A stretch of 64,000 nucleotides of DNA from Bacteroidales bacterium (GCA_016936665.1 JAFGXI010000017.1:114672-178671), one strand, 5' to 3'. Positions 1 through 9,488 are shown, counted from the stretch's first letter. Translations and numbers: made by a program. Notes: generated by a model not told the origin, from the letters alone.

Positions 1-345
1 TTCTCCAATTTCTGCAGATTCAGCAATAAATGAATTTGCGCTTATTCCTGATTCTTGAAACCTGTTTTGCTGATACAATTCTAATAAGGAAGCAAAGCTC
101 TCATATGCATTATCTACACGAATTAAGGTTGCTTTAACGTCTTTTTCAGGTACAAAATCTTTGTTAACTAATACTATGCTAGATTCTGTGGTGTATAGGT
201 AAGAATTGTATTTAGGGTTAGCTAAAAAAGAAAGCATTCCATGCTTCCCCTCTTCAATCTTTGCAATGTTATTGACTTCTACTTTAGGATCTCCTTCAAT
301 TGTACCGTTTAAGAATCCGGCGATCATCTCTGCTGAAAAATTCAT
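1..345 (-). CDS. lpxD: UDP-3-O-(3-hydroxymyristoyl)glucosamine N-acyltransferase, N-terminal part (runs off window)
   Basis: Manual translation from ATG at 345: MNFSAEMIAGFLNGTIEGDPKVEVNNIAKIEEGKHGMLSFLANPKYNSYLYTTESSIVLV; SFLANPKY is typical of LpxD; lies downstream of the HD gene as usual in Bacteroidota. Confidence 0.92.
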   Translation of the reverse strand, partial: MNFSAEMIAGFLNGTIEGDPKVEVNNIAKIEEGKHGMLSFLANPKYNSYLYTTESSIVLVNKDFVPEKDVKATLIRVDNAYESFASLLELYQQNRFQESGISANSFIAESAEIGE

Positions 346-361
346 GCTTTAAAATTTTTTA

Positions 362-369
362 CAAAAGTA
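362..369 (-). promoter_or_regulatory. Bacteroidota -7 promoter element (TACTTTTG) upstream of lpxD
   Basis: Matches TAnnTTTG consensus, ~17 nt before the ATG. Confidence 0.55.
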
Positions 370-446
370 ATAAAAATTCATATGCTATTACCCATTGGTT
401 AATTCACATACAATTATAAGTCTTGTAAAAGCCTTGAATTTTGTAG

Positions 447-1706
447 TTAAATTACTTGCTTAGGATATAGTAAAAATCGCTTTTCGATAACTTTCGAAAG
501 TGCCGATAGATCTAAAATATCTGACGCATCGGCTATATCAACAAGTTGTTTGTTTTTTTGTATGATATTAATTCTATCGTCGAATCTACTGTACGCATTA
601 TTTCTAATAGTACCTGTCATCACAAAGTATTCCAGATCACGGTTATTAATATTGAAATAGGCTTTAACCTTTTGGTTAACTCGATCAATTTCTTCCGAAT
701 TGAATGCTTGATTTTGTAGCTCAACATGAAAAAACTGCCGATCGATTAAACTGCGACTTAAAAAGGACAATATAGAATCTTTGTGATTTCTCCATACTTT
801 AATGGCAGCTAATAAATCGTTATCGTCCAATTCGGTGAATAATTCTAAAACACTCGCTTTTTTGTTGCCAATATTCACATCTGTTAAGAAATGTAAATCG
901 CTTTGCGATAGATGATTATACAAGAAAAATTTCAGAGCAGGTGTAGCAAATAAATCCTCTTTCTGATCTGCTAGATATTTTGCTCTTTGTAAGACTTTTA
1001 ATAAAAGCTGTTCTGCGCCTATCACTGTTTTATGTAAATACACTTGCCAATACATAAGTCTGCGGGCGATTAAAAATTTCTCGACAGAATATATACCTTT
1101 ACTTTCGACCACTAGCTTGTTCTCGTGAACTTGCAACATTTTTAAAATTCGATCCGAACCTACAATCCCTTCCGAAACTCCAGTGAAAAAACTATCTCTT
1201 AACAAATAATCTAATCGATCGACATCTAACTGACTTGATACCAATTGATGCAAAAAATGTTTTTTGTGTTTATCTCTAAAAATCGAAATGGCTTGTTCAA
1301 GGCGACCTTCGAGCTGTTGATTAAAAAAGTTCATCAACTCTAAAGAGATTTTTTCGTGCGATATGCCTCCAACAATTGTTTTTTCGAGAGAATGAGAAAA
1401 TGGCCCATGACCTATATCATGAAGCAGAATCGCTAATACTGCTCCACGGTATTCGTCTTCCGAAATTTCGATACCTTTCGAAATAAGTGTGTCGAGCGCC
1501 AAAGTCATTAAGTGGGTTGCTCCCAACGTATGTTGAAAACGAGAATGAATAGCACCCGGGTATACATAATATGTTAAACCCAATTGCTTTATTCGGCGCA
1601 ATCGCTGAAAATAAGGATGCTCAATTACATTAAAAGCAGCACCTTTAGGAATATTAATAAATCCATAAACAGGGTCGTTGAGTATCTTTTTCTTTTCGAT
1701 TGACAT
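447..1706 (-). CDS. HD-domain phosphohydrolase (SAMHD1/dNTPase-like family)
   Basis: RRIKQLG, YPGAIHSRFQH, LLHDIGHGPFSH, DVDRLDYLLRD motifs. Confidence 0.9.
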   Translation of the reverse strand: MSIEKKKILNDPVYGFINIPKGAAFNVIEHPYFQRLRRIKQLGLTYYVYPGAIHSRFQHTLGATHLMTLALDTLISKGIEISEDEYRGAVLAILLHDIGHGPFSHSLEKTIVGGISHEKISLELMNFFNQQLEGRLEQAISIFRDKHKKHFLHQLVSSQLDVDRLDYLLRDSFFTGVSEGIVGSDRILKMLQVHENKLVVESKGIYSVEKFLIARRLMYWQVYLHKTVIGAEQLLLKVLQRAKYLADQKEDLFATPALKFFLYNHLSQSDLHFLTDVNIGNKKASVLELFTELDDNDLLAAIKVWRNHKDSILSFLSRSLIDRQFFHVELQNQAFNSEEIDRVNQKVKAYFNINNRDLEYFVMTGTIRNNAYSRFDDRINIIQKNKQLVDIADASDILDLSALSKVIEKRFLLYPKQVI

Positions 1707-1785
1707 GATCGAACAAAATTAATTCTAATTCTCCTGAAACAAAAACCTTATTCGATAATATACTGTCACAATTCTGAAAAAAAAG

Positions 1786-1793
1786 TACCTTTG
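1786..1793 (+). promoter_or_regulatory. -7 promoter element (TACCTTTG) for glnS
   Basis: TAnnTTTG match; implies true start is ATG 1865 rather than GTG 1793. Confidence 0.55.
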
Positions 1794-1864
1794 TGAGTTC
1801 ATCGAAAATCGAAATTATTTTCGATACATACATCGTTTCGCACTTTAAAAAGAAATTGTTTTAT

Positions 1865-3565
1865 ATGACAACAAATGAGTCAAAAACAGAGAAAAGCTCG
1901 TTGAATTTTATTGAGCAAATTATTGAAAAAGATTTAAAAGAAGGGAAAAATAACAAAGCAATACATGTTCGATTTCCGCCAGAGCCTAACGGCTATTTAC
2001 ATATTGGACATGCTAAATCGATTTGTTTAAATTTCGGATTGGCAGAAGCATACGATGGCACATGTAATTTACGTTTCGACGATACCAATCCCTCCAAAGA
2101 AAATATCGAATATGTGGAGTCTATTAAAAAAGATATAGAGTGGCTTGGATTTAAATGGCACGAGCAACCCAAATTTACGTCCGATTACTTCGAGCAATTA
2201 TATCAATACGCTATCTCGATGATTAAAGCAGGACACGCCTACGTTTGCGAACAATCGGCCGAAGAAATTGCTGAGTATAAGGGTACACCCACTACTGCGG
2301 GAAAAGAGAGCACTTGGAGAAATCGTCCTATTGATGAAAGTTTGGAGTGGTTCGAGAAAATGAAAAACGGAGAAGTTGAAGAAGGGAAAATGTCCTTGCG
2401 GGCAAAAATTGACATGAGTTCTCCAAACATGCATTTGCGCGATCCATTAATGTATAGAATTAAAAGAGCCTCGCACCATAGAACCGGCAACGATTGGAAC
2501 ATTTACCCAATGTACGATTTTGCACACGGACAGTCCGATTACATTGAAGGTATTACACATTCGATTTGTACTTTAGAGTTCGAAGTACACCGTCCGCTTT
2601 ACGATTGGTTTTTAGATCAAATTATAGAAGAAGGACACATTCGCCCTCGACAAATAGAATTTGCCCGATTGAATTTAAGCTACACTGTAATGTCGAAAAG
2701 GAAGCTTTTACAATTGGTTGAAGAGGGTCATGTCAGCGGATGGGACGATCCGAGAATGCCAACTATATCAGGCATCAGAAGAAGAGGATATACCCCTAAG
2801 TCAATGCGAACTTTTGCAGAAATGATTGGCGTGGCAAAGCGTGATAACATGATTGACTTAGGAAAACTAGAATTCGCCGTAAGAGAAGATCTTAATAAAA
2901 TTGCCTTGCGAAGAATGGCCGTAATGGATCCTTTAAAAGTTGTCATTACCAATTATCCGGAAAACAAAATAGAACATTTACCTGCGGTGAATAACCCGGA
3001 AGATGAGACTGCTGGAGAACGAATGATTCCGTTTAGTCGGGAAATCTACATCGAACGAGAAGATTTTATGGAAGATGCTCCTAAAAAATTCTTCCGATTA
3101 TCGGTAGGGCGAGAAGTTCGTTTGCGTTATGCCTACTTCATTACATGTAACGAAGTGATTAAAAATGAGCAAGGAGAAATAGTTGAACTACGAGCAACTT
3201 ACGATCCAGAGTCGAAAGGAGGAAAATCTCCGGACGGAAGAAAAGTAAAAGGAACTCTACACTGGGTTTCTGCTCAAGAAAATAAGCAAGCACAAATCAA
3301 TATATACGACCGCTTGTTTAATGTAGAAGATCCTCAGAAGATAGAAAATGGTCAGAATTTCTTAGATAATTTAAATCCTGATTCGTTAAAAACAATTACT
3401 GCCTTTGTTGAGCCATCATTGGGAGAAAGTCGAATCGGTGAGCATTTCCAGTTTGAACGCATCGGCTATTTCTGTCCTGACTACGATTCGAAACCTAATC
3501 AATTGATTTTTAACAAAACCGTTGGTTTAAAAGATTCTTGGGCTAAATTGGCAGACAAAGATTAG
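1865..3565 (+). CDS. glnS: Glutamine--tRNA ligase
   Basis: RFPPEPNGYLHIGH, LRFDDTNP, VMSKRKL, GWDDPRMPT; start set to ATG 1865. Confidence 0.97.
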   Translation: MTTNESKTEKSSLNFIEQIIEKDLKEGKNNKAIHVRFPPEPNGYLHIGHAKSICLNFGLAEAYDGTCNLRFDDTNPSKENIEYVESIKKDIEWLGFKWHEQPKFTSDYFEQLYQYAISMIKAGHAYVCEQSAEEIAEYKGTPTTAGKESTWRNRPIDESLEWFEKMKNGEVEEGKMSLRAKIDMSSPNMHLRDPLMYRIKRASHHRTGNDWNIYPMYDFAHGQSDYIEGITHSICTLEFEVHRPLYDWFLDQIIEEGHIRPRQIEFARLNLSYTVMSKRKLLQLVEEGHVSGWDDPRMPTISGIRRRGYTPKSMRTFAEMIGVAKRDNMIDLGKLEFAVREDLNKIALRRMAVMDPLKVVITNYPENKIEHLPAVNNPEDETAGERMIPFSREIYIEREDFMEDAPKKFFRLSVGREVRLRYAYFITCNEVIKNEQGEIVELRATYDPESKGGKSPDGRKVKGTLHWVSAQENKQAQINIYDRLFNVEDPQKIENGQNFLDNLNPDSLKTITAFVEPSLGESRIGEHFQFERIGYFCPDYDSKPNQLIFNKTVGLKDSWAKLADKD

Positions 3566-3587
3566 ATAAATTATACTATTCTCTACG

Positions 3588-3621
3588 AAAAGGTTGATTG
3601 TTAAGCATTCAGCCTTTTTTT
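3588..3621 (+). terminator. Intrinsic terminator after glnS
   Basis: AAAAGGTTGA...TCAGCCTTTTTTT hairpin with U-tract. Confidence 0.65.
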
Positions 3622-3684
3622 GTTAATATAATTTAAGGAAAGAGTTTTCATCAATCTACTTTAGTTTAATATCGTTCCTTTTCT

Positions 3685-3692
3685 TAACTTTG
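3685..3692 (+). promoter_or_regulatory. -7 promoter element (TAACTTTG) for serS
   Basis: TAnnTTTG match 23 nt before the ATG. Confidence 0.6.
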
Positions 3693-3715
3693 CCCAACTT
3701 AAAAATAGAACAGAT

Positions 3716-4993
3716 ATGTTGACAATACAGCAAATTGAAACTCAACCGGAAATGGTTATTGAGCGTTTAAAAATTAAAAATTTCGACGCAAAAGCAATCG
3801 TTTATAAAGCTATTGAATACAACCAAGAGAGAAAAAAACTAAAAACAACCGGTGATCAGCATCAAGCTGAGATGAATCAATTATCGAAAGCTATTGGTCA
3901 ACTTTTTAAAGACGGCAAACAACAAGAAGCCAACGAAGCTAAGGACAAAACAGCAGATCTTAAAAATGCAATTAAGCAAATTCAAACTGAATTAGCCGAA
4001 GTTGAAAAAGAACTCCACGAATTGTTGGTTCAATTACCCAATTTACCACACGAAAGTGTTCCTTCCGGAAAAACAGCCGAAGATAATAAACTCATCCGTA
4101 CCAATTACGAGAATGTGGAACCCAACACTAGTGGGCTTTTACCTCACTGGGAACTCTCAAATCAATATCAACTAATAGATTTTGAATTGGGCGTAAAATT
4201 AACCGGTGCCGGGTTTCCTGTTTACAAAGGCAAAATGGCTCGTTTGCAAAGAGCATTAATTCAATTCTTTTTAGACGAAGCTATCGAAAACGGATACGAA
4301 GAAGTCATTCCTCCTTTGATGGTTAACGAAGACTCTGGTTTTGGCACAGGTCAATTGCCCGATAAAGAAGGGCAGATGTATCATGCCACAGAAGATAATT
4401 TATATCTAGTACCAACTGCAGAAGTCCCTGTTACAAATATTTATCGTGATGTCATTTTAAATAAAAACCAGTTTCCTGTAAAAAACACTGCTTACACGCC
4501 TTGTTTTAGAAGAGAAGCCGGTTCGTACGGGAAAGATGTAAGAGGTTTGAATCGTTTGCATCAGTTTGACAAGGTGGAAATCGTACAAATCGAACACCCT
4601 GAGCACTCCTATCAAACGCTCGAAAAAATGGTGTTACACGTCGAATCAATCATCAATAAATTAGAATTACCTTACCGAATCATTCAACTGTGCGGAGGCG
4701 ATATGAGTTTTACTTCTGCCCTAACTTACGACTTTGAGGTCTATTCAAAAGCTCAGGAAAAATGGTTAGAAGTTAGTTCAGTTTCGAACTTCGAAGCATT
4801 CCAAGCCAATCGTCTCAAATTGCGTTTTAAAGACGATAAGGAAAAAGGCACTCATTTAGCTCACACATTAAACGGTTCTGCATTGGCTTTACCAAGAATT
4901 GTTGCAGCATTGCTCGAAAACAATCAAACACCCGATGGAATTGTTATTCCTAAAGCTTTAAGAAAATATACAGGATTCGATATTTTAAATTAA
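3716..4993 (+). CDS. serS: Serine--tRNA ligase
   Basis: N-terminal coiled coil, LVPTAEVP, FRREAGSYG, RLHQFDKVE, HTLNGSALA. Confidence 0.97.
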   Translation: MLTIQQIETQPEMVIERLKIKNFDAKAIVYKAIEYNQERKKLKTTGDQHQAEMNQLSKAIGQLFKDGKQQEANEAKDKTADLKNAIKQIQTELAEVEKELHELLVQLPNLPHESVPSGKTAEDNKLIRTNYENVEPNTSGLLPHWELSNQYQLIDFELGVKLTGAGFPVYKGKMARLQRALIQFFLDEAIENGYEEVIPPLMVNEDSGFGTGQLPDKEGQMYHATEDNLYLVPTAEVPVTNIYRDVILNKNQFPVKNTAYTPCFRREAGSYGKDVRGLNRLHQFDKVEIVQIEHPEHSYQTLEKMVLHVESIINKLELPYRIIQLCGGDMSFTSALTYDFEVYSKAQEKWLEVSSVSNFEAFQANRLKLRFKDDKEKGTHLAHTLNGSALALPRIVAALLENNQTPDGIVIPKALRKYTGFDILN

Positions 4994-5004
4994 TTACTAC
5001 TGCA

Positions 5005-5538
5005 ATGAAAGCTTTTCAGATTATTGTATTTGTAACCTTAGCAGCTACCTTATTATCCTGCCAAAAAGAAGGCTTGGAAGGTCAATTGTCTAAAGCCAAA
5101 ACAGAGGCTGAAAACAATTTCAAGCAAATAAGCAAAATGGATTGGACGGTCGTTAAAGAAAAACAAAAAATTGCTCAAGAAATCATTGGTGAGCTTAAAC
5201 CTAATTTTGACTTATTAAACAAGTACGATCGTCAGAATTTTTCAGTTTTAGCAAATACCGAAAAAGCCGATAAAAAATTCCATCCGGATTTGGATAAACT
5301 CGAAAAAAACTACGTTTTCTCAATTAGACAGATAAAAGCTTTAGAAACAGCCCTTGCAAAACAAGAAATGCCTAAAGACTCCATTGAAAAATACCTTAAC
5401 GACGAATTAAAAGTCCTTCAAGAATTAAATCAACGTTTGGCTGTATGCCAGAATCAATTCCATTATTTGAATTCCAATTACGACGAATTTACTGACAAAT
5501 GTAAAGTCGTAGCCGATAGCTTAAACCAACTTCCATAA
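5005..5538 (+). CDS. Hypothetical helical lipoprotein
   Basis: Lipobox LLSC after hydrophobic stretch; cotranscribed position after serS. Confidence 0.7.
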   Translation: MKAFQIIVFVTLAATLLSCQKEGLEGQLSKAKTEAENNFKQISKMDWTVVKEKQKIAQEIIGELKPNFDLLNKYDRQNFSVLANTEKADKKFHPDLDKLEKNYVFSIRQIKALETALAKQEMPKDSIEKYLNDELKVLQELNQRLAVCQNQFHYLNSNYDEFTDKCKVVADSLNQLP

Positions 5539-5541
5539 AGC

Positions 5542-7344
5542 ATGAGAAAATTTTGGTTTTTATTCATATTGCTGTTTTCTGTCCAATATTTATTTGCGCA
5601 GAATAATCAGAATAAAAGTCAATTAGCCTATCAATATTTTAAAGATAAAGAATTTGACAGAGCCGCAATTCTCTATAAAGAATTGTACGATGAATCGCAC
5701 TCTAAGACTTATCTAAATTATCTTATAAAATGTTATACTTCGCAAAGACAATTCGAAATTGCCGAAGACATTTTAAAAAGAGAGCTTAAAAAAGATAAAC
5801 GCGACGTGAATTTGATTGTTGCTTTAGGCGGTGTTTATCAACTTTCAGGCGAAAAAGAAAAAGCAGAGAAGTTGTTTCTTAAAACTATCGACCAGTTGGG
5901 CGACTCTCGAACCGATGCCATCAACTTAGCCAACGCTTTTATTTCGCAACAAGAATTTGGCTATGCCGAGCAAACTTACCTCAAAGCTAAAAAATTAAGT
6001 AAAGGGCAATACAGCTATACCTTCGAATTAGCCAACGTTTATTATTATGCACGGCAATACGATAAAATGATCGACCAATATTTAGACTTATTATCCGAAG
6101 GTGATCAATACATCCAAAGTGTACAAAATAGGCTACAAGCCGTAATTTACAATCAAGACGACGGAAGTTTGAATCAATTACTTAAAGACGAACTAATTCG
6201 CAGAATACAAAAAGAAAAAGACAGCCAGATTTATAGCGAGTTGCTAATTTGGTTGTATCTCCAAGAAAAAAATTTTAAAGCTGCTTATCGTCAAACAGTA
6301 GCCATAGACAAACGCAACAAAGAACAAGGCGATCGTTTAATTGCTCTGGGCGAAATGGCTCTTAACAATAACGATTACGAAGTTGCCTCGGAATGTTTTG
6401 AGTACGTTATTCAATTGGGAGCCCATCAAATTAATTATTTAGATGCCAATATTGGGTATTTAAAATCTATGTTTCAACAAATTGAAGCAGGGAACTATTC
6501 TCAAAAAGAACTTGATAAATTAATCGATACTTATCAGAATTTTTTAATGCTAGAAGGTAATAACGATAAAACTGCAATTGTTAAAATTGATTACGCTACA
6601 ATATTAGCCTTCTATCAACAACAACCCGATAAAGCTATTGCACTTTTAGAAGATATTACCATTGCAACTTTACCACCTAATATTCAATCGAAAATAAAAC
6701 TAAGCCTTGCGGATATTCTGCTATTCGACGATAGAATTTGGGAAGCTACCTTATACTACTCTCAAGTCATTAAATCCAATCCCAACAATGAACTAGGTAA
6801 TGAAGCACAACTCAAAAAGGCGAAGTTAGCCTATTATTCCGGCGACTTTTTATGGGCAAAAGGACAGCTCGATGTGCTTAAAGCAAGCACCTCTAAACTT
6901 ATTTCGAACGATGCCTTTTATTGGTCGTCGGTTGTTGCCGATAATTACGAAACTGAGAATGATGCTCAGGCTTTAAACGCCTTATCGCAAATCGATTATT
7001 TGATGTATCAGAAAAAATATACAGAAGCTTTAAGCACAATCGACAGTGCATTTACAACTTTCCCAAAACACGCAATAGAAGATGATCTTTGGTACAGAAA
7101 AGGTCAAATTCTTAACCTATTAAGTAAAGATGATGAAGCTTTAGCAGCATATCGAACCATCGTCGAAAAATATTACGATGACTTACTGGCCGACAACGCA
7201 CTTATGGCTATGGCCGATATTTATTGGTTTAGCGGACAACACGAAAAAGCTGTTGAACTTTACACCCAGCTTTTAGTAGATTTCCCCGATAGTTTCTTTT
7301 CTAACGAAGCTCGCCAACGCATTGTTGAATTCCGAGATTCATAA
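5542..7344 (+). CDS. Secreted tetratricopeptide repeat protein
   Basis: Signal peptide and many TPR-like A..Y..L repeats. Confidence 0.85.
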   Translation: MRKFWFLFILLFSVQYLFAQNNQNKSQLAYQYFKDKEFDRAAILYKELYDESHSKTYLNYLIKCYTSQRQFEIAEDILKRELKKDKRDVNLIVALGGVYQLSGEKEKAEKLFLKTIDQLGDSRTDAINLANAFISQQEFGYAEQTYLKAKKLSKGQYSYTFELANVYYYARQYDKMIDQYLDLLSEGDQYIQSVQNRLQAVIYNQDDGSLNQLLKDELIRRIQKEKDSQIYSELLIWLYLQEKNFKAAYRQTVAIDKRNKEQGDRLIALGEMALNNNDYEVASECFEYVIQLGAHQINYLDANIGYLKSMFQQIEAGNYSQKELDKLIDTYQNFLMLEGNNDKTAIVKIDYATILAFYQQQPDKAIALLEDITIATLPPNIQSKIKLSLADILLFDDRIWEATLYYSQVIKSNPNNELGNEAQLKKAKLAYYSGDFLWAKGQLDVLKASTSKLISNDAFYWSSVVADNYETENDAQALNALSQIDYLMYQKKYTEALSTIDSAFTTFPKHAIEDDLWYRKGQILNLLSKDDEALAAYRTIVEKYYDDLLADNALMAMADIYWFSGQHEKAVELYTQLLVDFPDSFFSNEARQRIVEFRDS

Positions 7345-7371
7345 AAAAGCGAGAAATCTCTCGCTTATTAT

Positions 7372-7752
7372 TTAGACTTTTGAAAAATTTGAAACACTAT
7401 TGTCTTCGATTAAATTCGTCAAACGATCTGAAATGACTAAAAATTGTTTTCTAAATTCTCTGTTGTTCATATGCTTTTGAGCTTCTGGCATCCAATCTTT
7501 GGCTTGATCTGCAATATTCATAATTTGCTGATTATCTTTTAGCCATCGGCTTTCTAACTTTTCCGCAACAACCAAAGTTTCGCAATCGACAACCCAAGTT
7601 TGAAAACGTTTTAAAAATTGTTTTTCGTCTGCGTTTAATTCTTGATTATCGAAGGTTTCGGGTAAAGTTTCTGCCGAAACTCCTAGTTTACTAACAGCAA
7701 GCAAACCTGCAGCTGCCAATGTCTTTTTTAAAAATCCTCTTCTATTTTCCAT
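7372..7752 (-). CDS. Small Tat-signal protein of unknown function
   Basis: MENRRGFLKK twin-arginine motif, hydrophobic stretch, VSA cleavage site. Confidence 0.7.
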   Translation of the reverse strand: MENRRGFLKKTLAAAGLLAVSKLGVSAETLPETFDNQELNADEKQFLKRFQTWVVDCETLVVAEKLESRWLKDNQQIMNIADQAKDWMPEAQKHMNNREFRKQFLVISDRLTNLIEDNSVSNFSKV

Positions 7753-7765
7753 ATTTTACAGACAT

Positions 7766-7801
7766 AAAAAAAGACTCCGCACAGTCCGTCCGGCGAAGTC
7801 T
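7766..7801 (-). terminator. Intrinsic terminator after the superoxide reductase gene
   Basis: Minus strand AGACTTCGC-loop-GCGGAGTCT followed by U7. Confidence 0.65.
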
Positions 7802-7832
7802 CACTCTTTTCAAATGGATTAGTTATTAAATA

Positions 7833-8210
7833 TTATTTAACCTCTACTTCTACGGTATCACTTTCCCAAAGTCCGTGTTTAGTGCAGAAAGCATAAGCAG
7901 TTAACTTCATATTTTTAGTAGGAACGATAAAGAAATCTACTTCTAAATTGTTGGCTGCGTTACCTAAAGCTCCTTCTGTAAAATTGGCTTGAGCTAACAT
8001 TTTTTCGCCATTCCAAAGTTGAACATAGGAAATGAAATGATCAGGATCGTCCGGATGCATATATTCATCGCCCACCATAACTTTTACTTTGAATTTTTTA
8101 CCGGCTTCGGCTTCTTTATCGCATTTAACAAACGCTGAGTGTCTGTCGATATAATCGCGCTTTGCTTCTTTGTCTAATGTAGAAATATCTACGTATTTAT
8201 TAAGTTTCAT
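7833..8210 (-). CDS. Superoxide reductase-like (class II SORL / neelaredoxin-type) protein
   Basis: DRH, HPDDPDH and CTKHGLWE give four His plus one Cys iron ligands; no N-terminal desulforedoxin domain. Confidence 0.85.
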   Translation of the reverse strand: MKLNKYVDISTLDKEAKRDYIDRHSAFVKCDKEAEAGKKFKVKVMVGDEYMHPDDPDHFISYVQLWNGEKMLAQANFTEGALGNAANNLEVDFFIVPTKNMKLTAYAFCTKHGLWESDTVEVEVK

Positions 8211-8234
8211 AATGATAAAATGATAAGGTTAATA

Positions 8235-8417
8235 TTATAATTTGTTAAGGCTGTAATAGCATTTTTTAGGAGATTGAATAGTATTTTCCGTTTTCAATAC
8301 TTTGATAATCTTATCAATCTCTTTTTTCTCTAAACCTGTTAAATCGGATAATTCACCTGCTTTTAGAGGCTCCGAAGAGTCGGACAACGCTTTAATTACT
8401 TTTTCTTTATTATCCAT
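8235..8417 (-). CDS. Small winged-helix protein (60 aa)
   Basis: PLKAGELSDLTGLEKKEIDKIIKVLK HTH-like; C-terminal SPKKCYY; inside the operon. Confidence 0.75.
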   Translation of the reverse strand: MDNKEKVIKALSDSSEPLKAGELSDLTGLEKKEIDKIIKVLKTENTIQSPKKCYYSLNKL

Positions 8418-8420
8418 AAT

Positions 8421-9059
8421 TTATTTCACCTCCAATTTGCCTAAATATTCCGCAACACCTTCTGTTGTAGGTTTCATTGCCACATCGCCTTCTTTCCAGT
8501 TGGCAGGGCAAACTTCTCCGTGCTCTTCGAAATAGTGTAATGCATCGACCATGCGTAGAGCTTCGTCTATATTTCTTCCTAGAGGTAAATCGTTGATAAC
8601 AGAATGACGAACTACACCATTTTTATCGATTAAAAATGTTCCTCTATAAGCTACAGGAGCACCTTTGAATACCGAGTTACCTTCGTCGTCCATATCGTAC
8701 TCGCCAGCTAACACTTCGTAATTCTCAGAAATCGTTTTCGATAAATCGGCAACCAAAGGATATTTTACACCTTTAATTCCACCATCTTTCAAGGCTGTTC
8801 TTAACCATGCTAAATGCGAGAACTCTGAATCGATAGAACAACCTACTATTTGAACATTACGTTTTTCGAATTCAGCTATTTTTTCTTGAAATGCTAATAT
8901 CTCTGTAGGACAAACAAAGGTGAAATCGAGAGGATAAAAGAAAAAGATTACATCTTTTTTACCAATATACTGCTCTAAAGAAAAATTCTCTACTACTTCG
9001 TTGCCATTTACTACAGCGGTAGCTGAAAATACTGGCGCTTTTTTCCCAATTAAACTCAT
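8421..9059 (-). CDS. ahpC: 2-Cys peroxiredoxin (AhpC/TSA)
   Basis: FFYPLDFTFVCPTE and GEVCPANW. Confidence 0.95.
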   Translation of the reverse strand: MSLIGKKAPVFSATAVVNGNEVVENFSLEQYIGKKDVIFFFYPLDFTFVCPTEILAFQEKIAEFEKRNVQIVGCSIDSEFSHLAWLRTALKDGGIKGVKYPLVADLSKTISENYEVLAGEYDMDDEGNSVFKGAPVAYRGTFLIDKNGVVRHSVINDLPLGRNIDEALRMVDALHYFEEHGEVCPANWKEGDVAMKPTTEGVAEYLGKLEVK

Positions 9060-9066
9060 TTTTAAT

Positions 9067-9471
9067 TTATTTTTTTGTTAGACATGATTTGCATACTCCT
9101 GTAATGTTGAATTGAATTTCTTTCACTTCATATGAATGATTTAATAAAAGATTTAAGGGCTGATTCAGAAAAACATCGCTGACCTCTCCACAAACATCGC
9201 ATTTAAAATGGCCATGTTCTCTAACTTCGGCATCGTATCGTAATTCGTTACCTTCAATTCTAACTTCTTGTACTAAACGCTTTGCAATTAGTAATTTCAA
9301 AACATTGTAAACGGTTGTTTTTGATAAAGATGGAATCTCATCCTTTAAATCATTGAAAATGGTGTACGCAGTCGGATGACTTTTAGTTGCCTTCAAATAA
9401 CTAAAAATTTTTAGCCTTTGTATTGAAGGAGAAACCCCATTTTGCACCAATATTTCTTGATTTGTCTTCAA
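9067..9471 (-). CDS. perR: Fur-family peroxide-responsive repressor (PerR-like)
   Basis: HPTA, SLSKTTVYN, HGHFKCDVCG and C-terminal CKSC; heads the ahpC/SOR operon; TTG start. Confidence 0.8.
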   Translation of the reverse strand: MKTNQEILVQNGVSPSIQRLKIFSYLKATKSHPTAYTIFNDLKDEIPSLSKTTVYNVLKLLIAKRLVQEVRIEGNELRYDAEVREHGHFKCDVCGEVSDVFLNQPLNLLLNHSYEVKEIQFNITGVCKSCLTKK

Positions 9472-9488
9472 TTATTATTATTACATTT

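Noticed and set aside
447-1706. SAMHD1-like HD protein as an anti-phage dNTPase
   Set aside because: It sits in the usual Bacteroidota position upstream of lpxD with no defence context, so a housekeeping role is more likely
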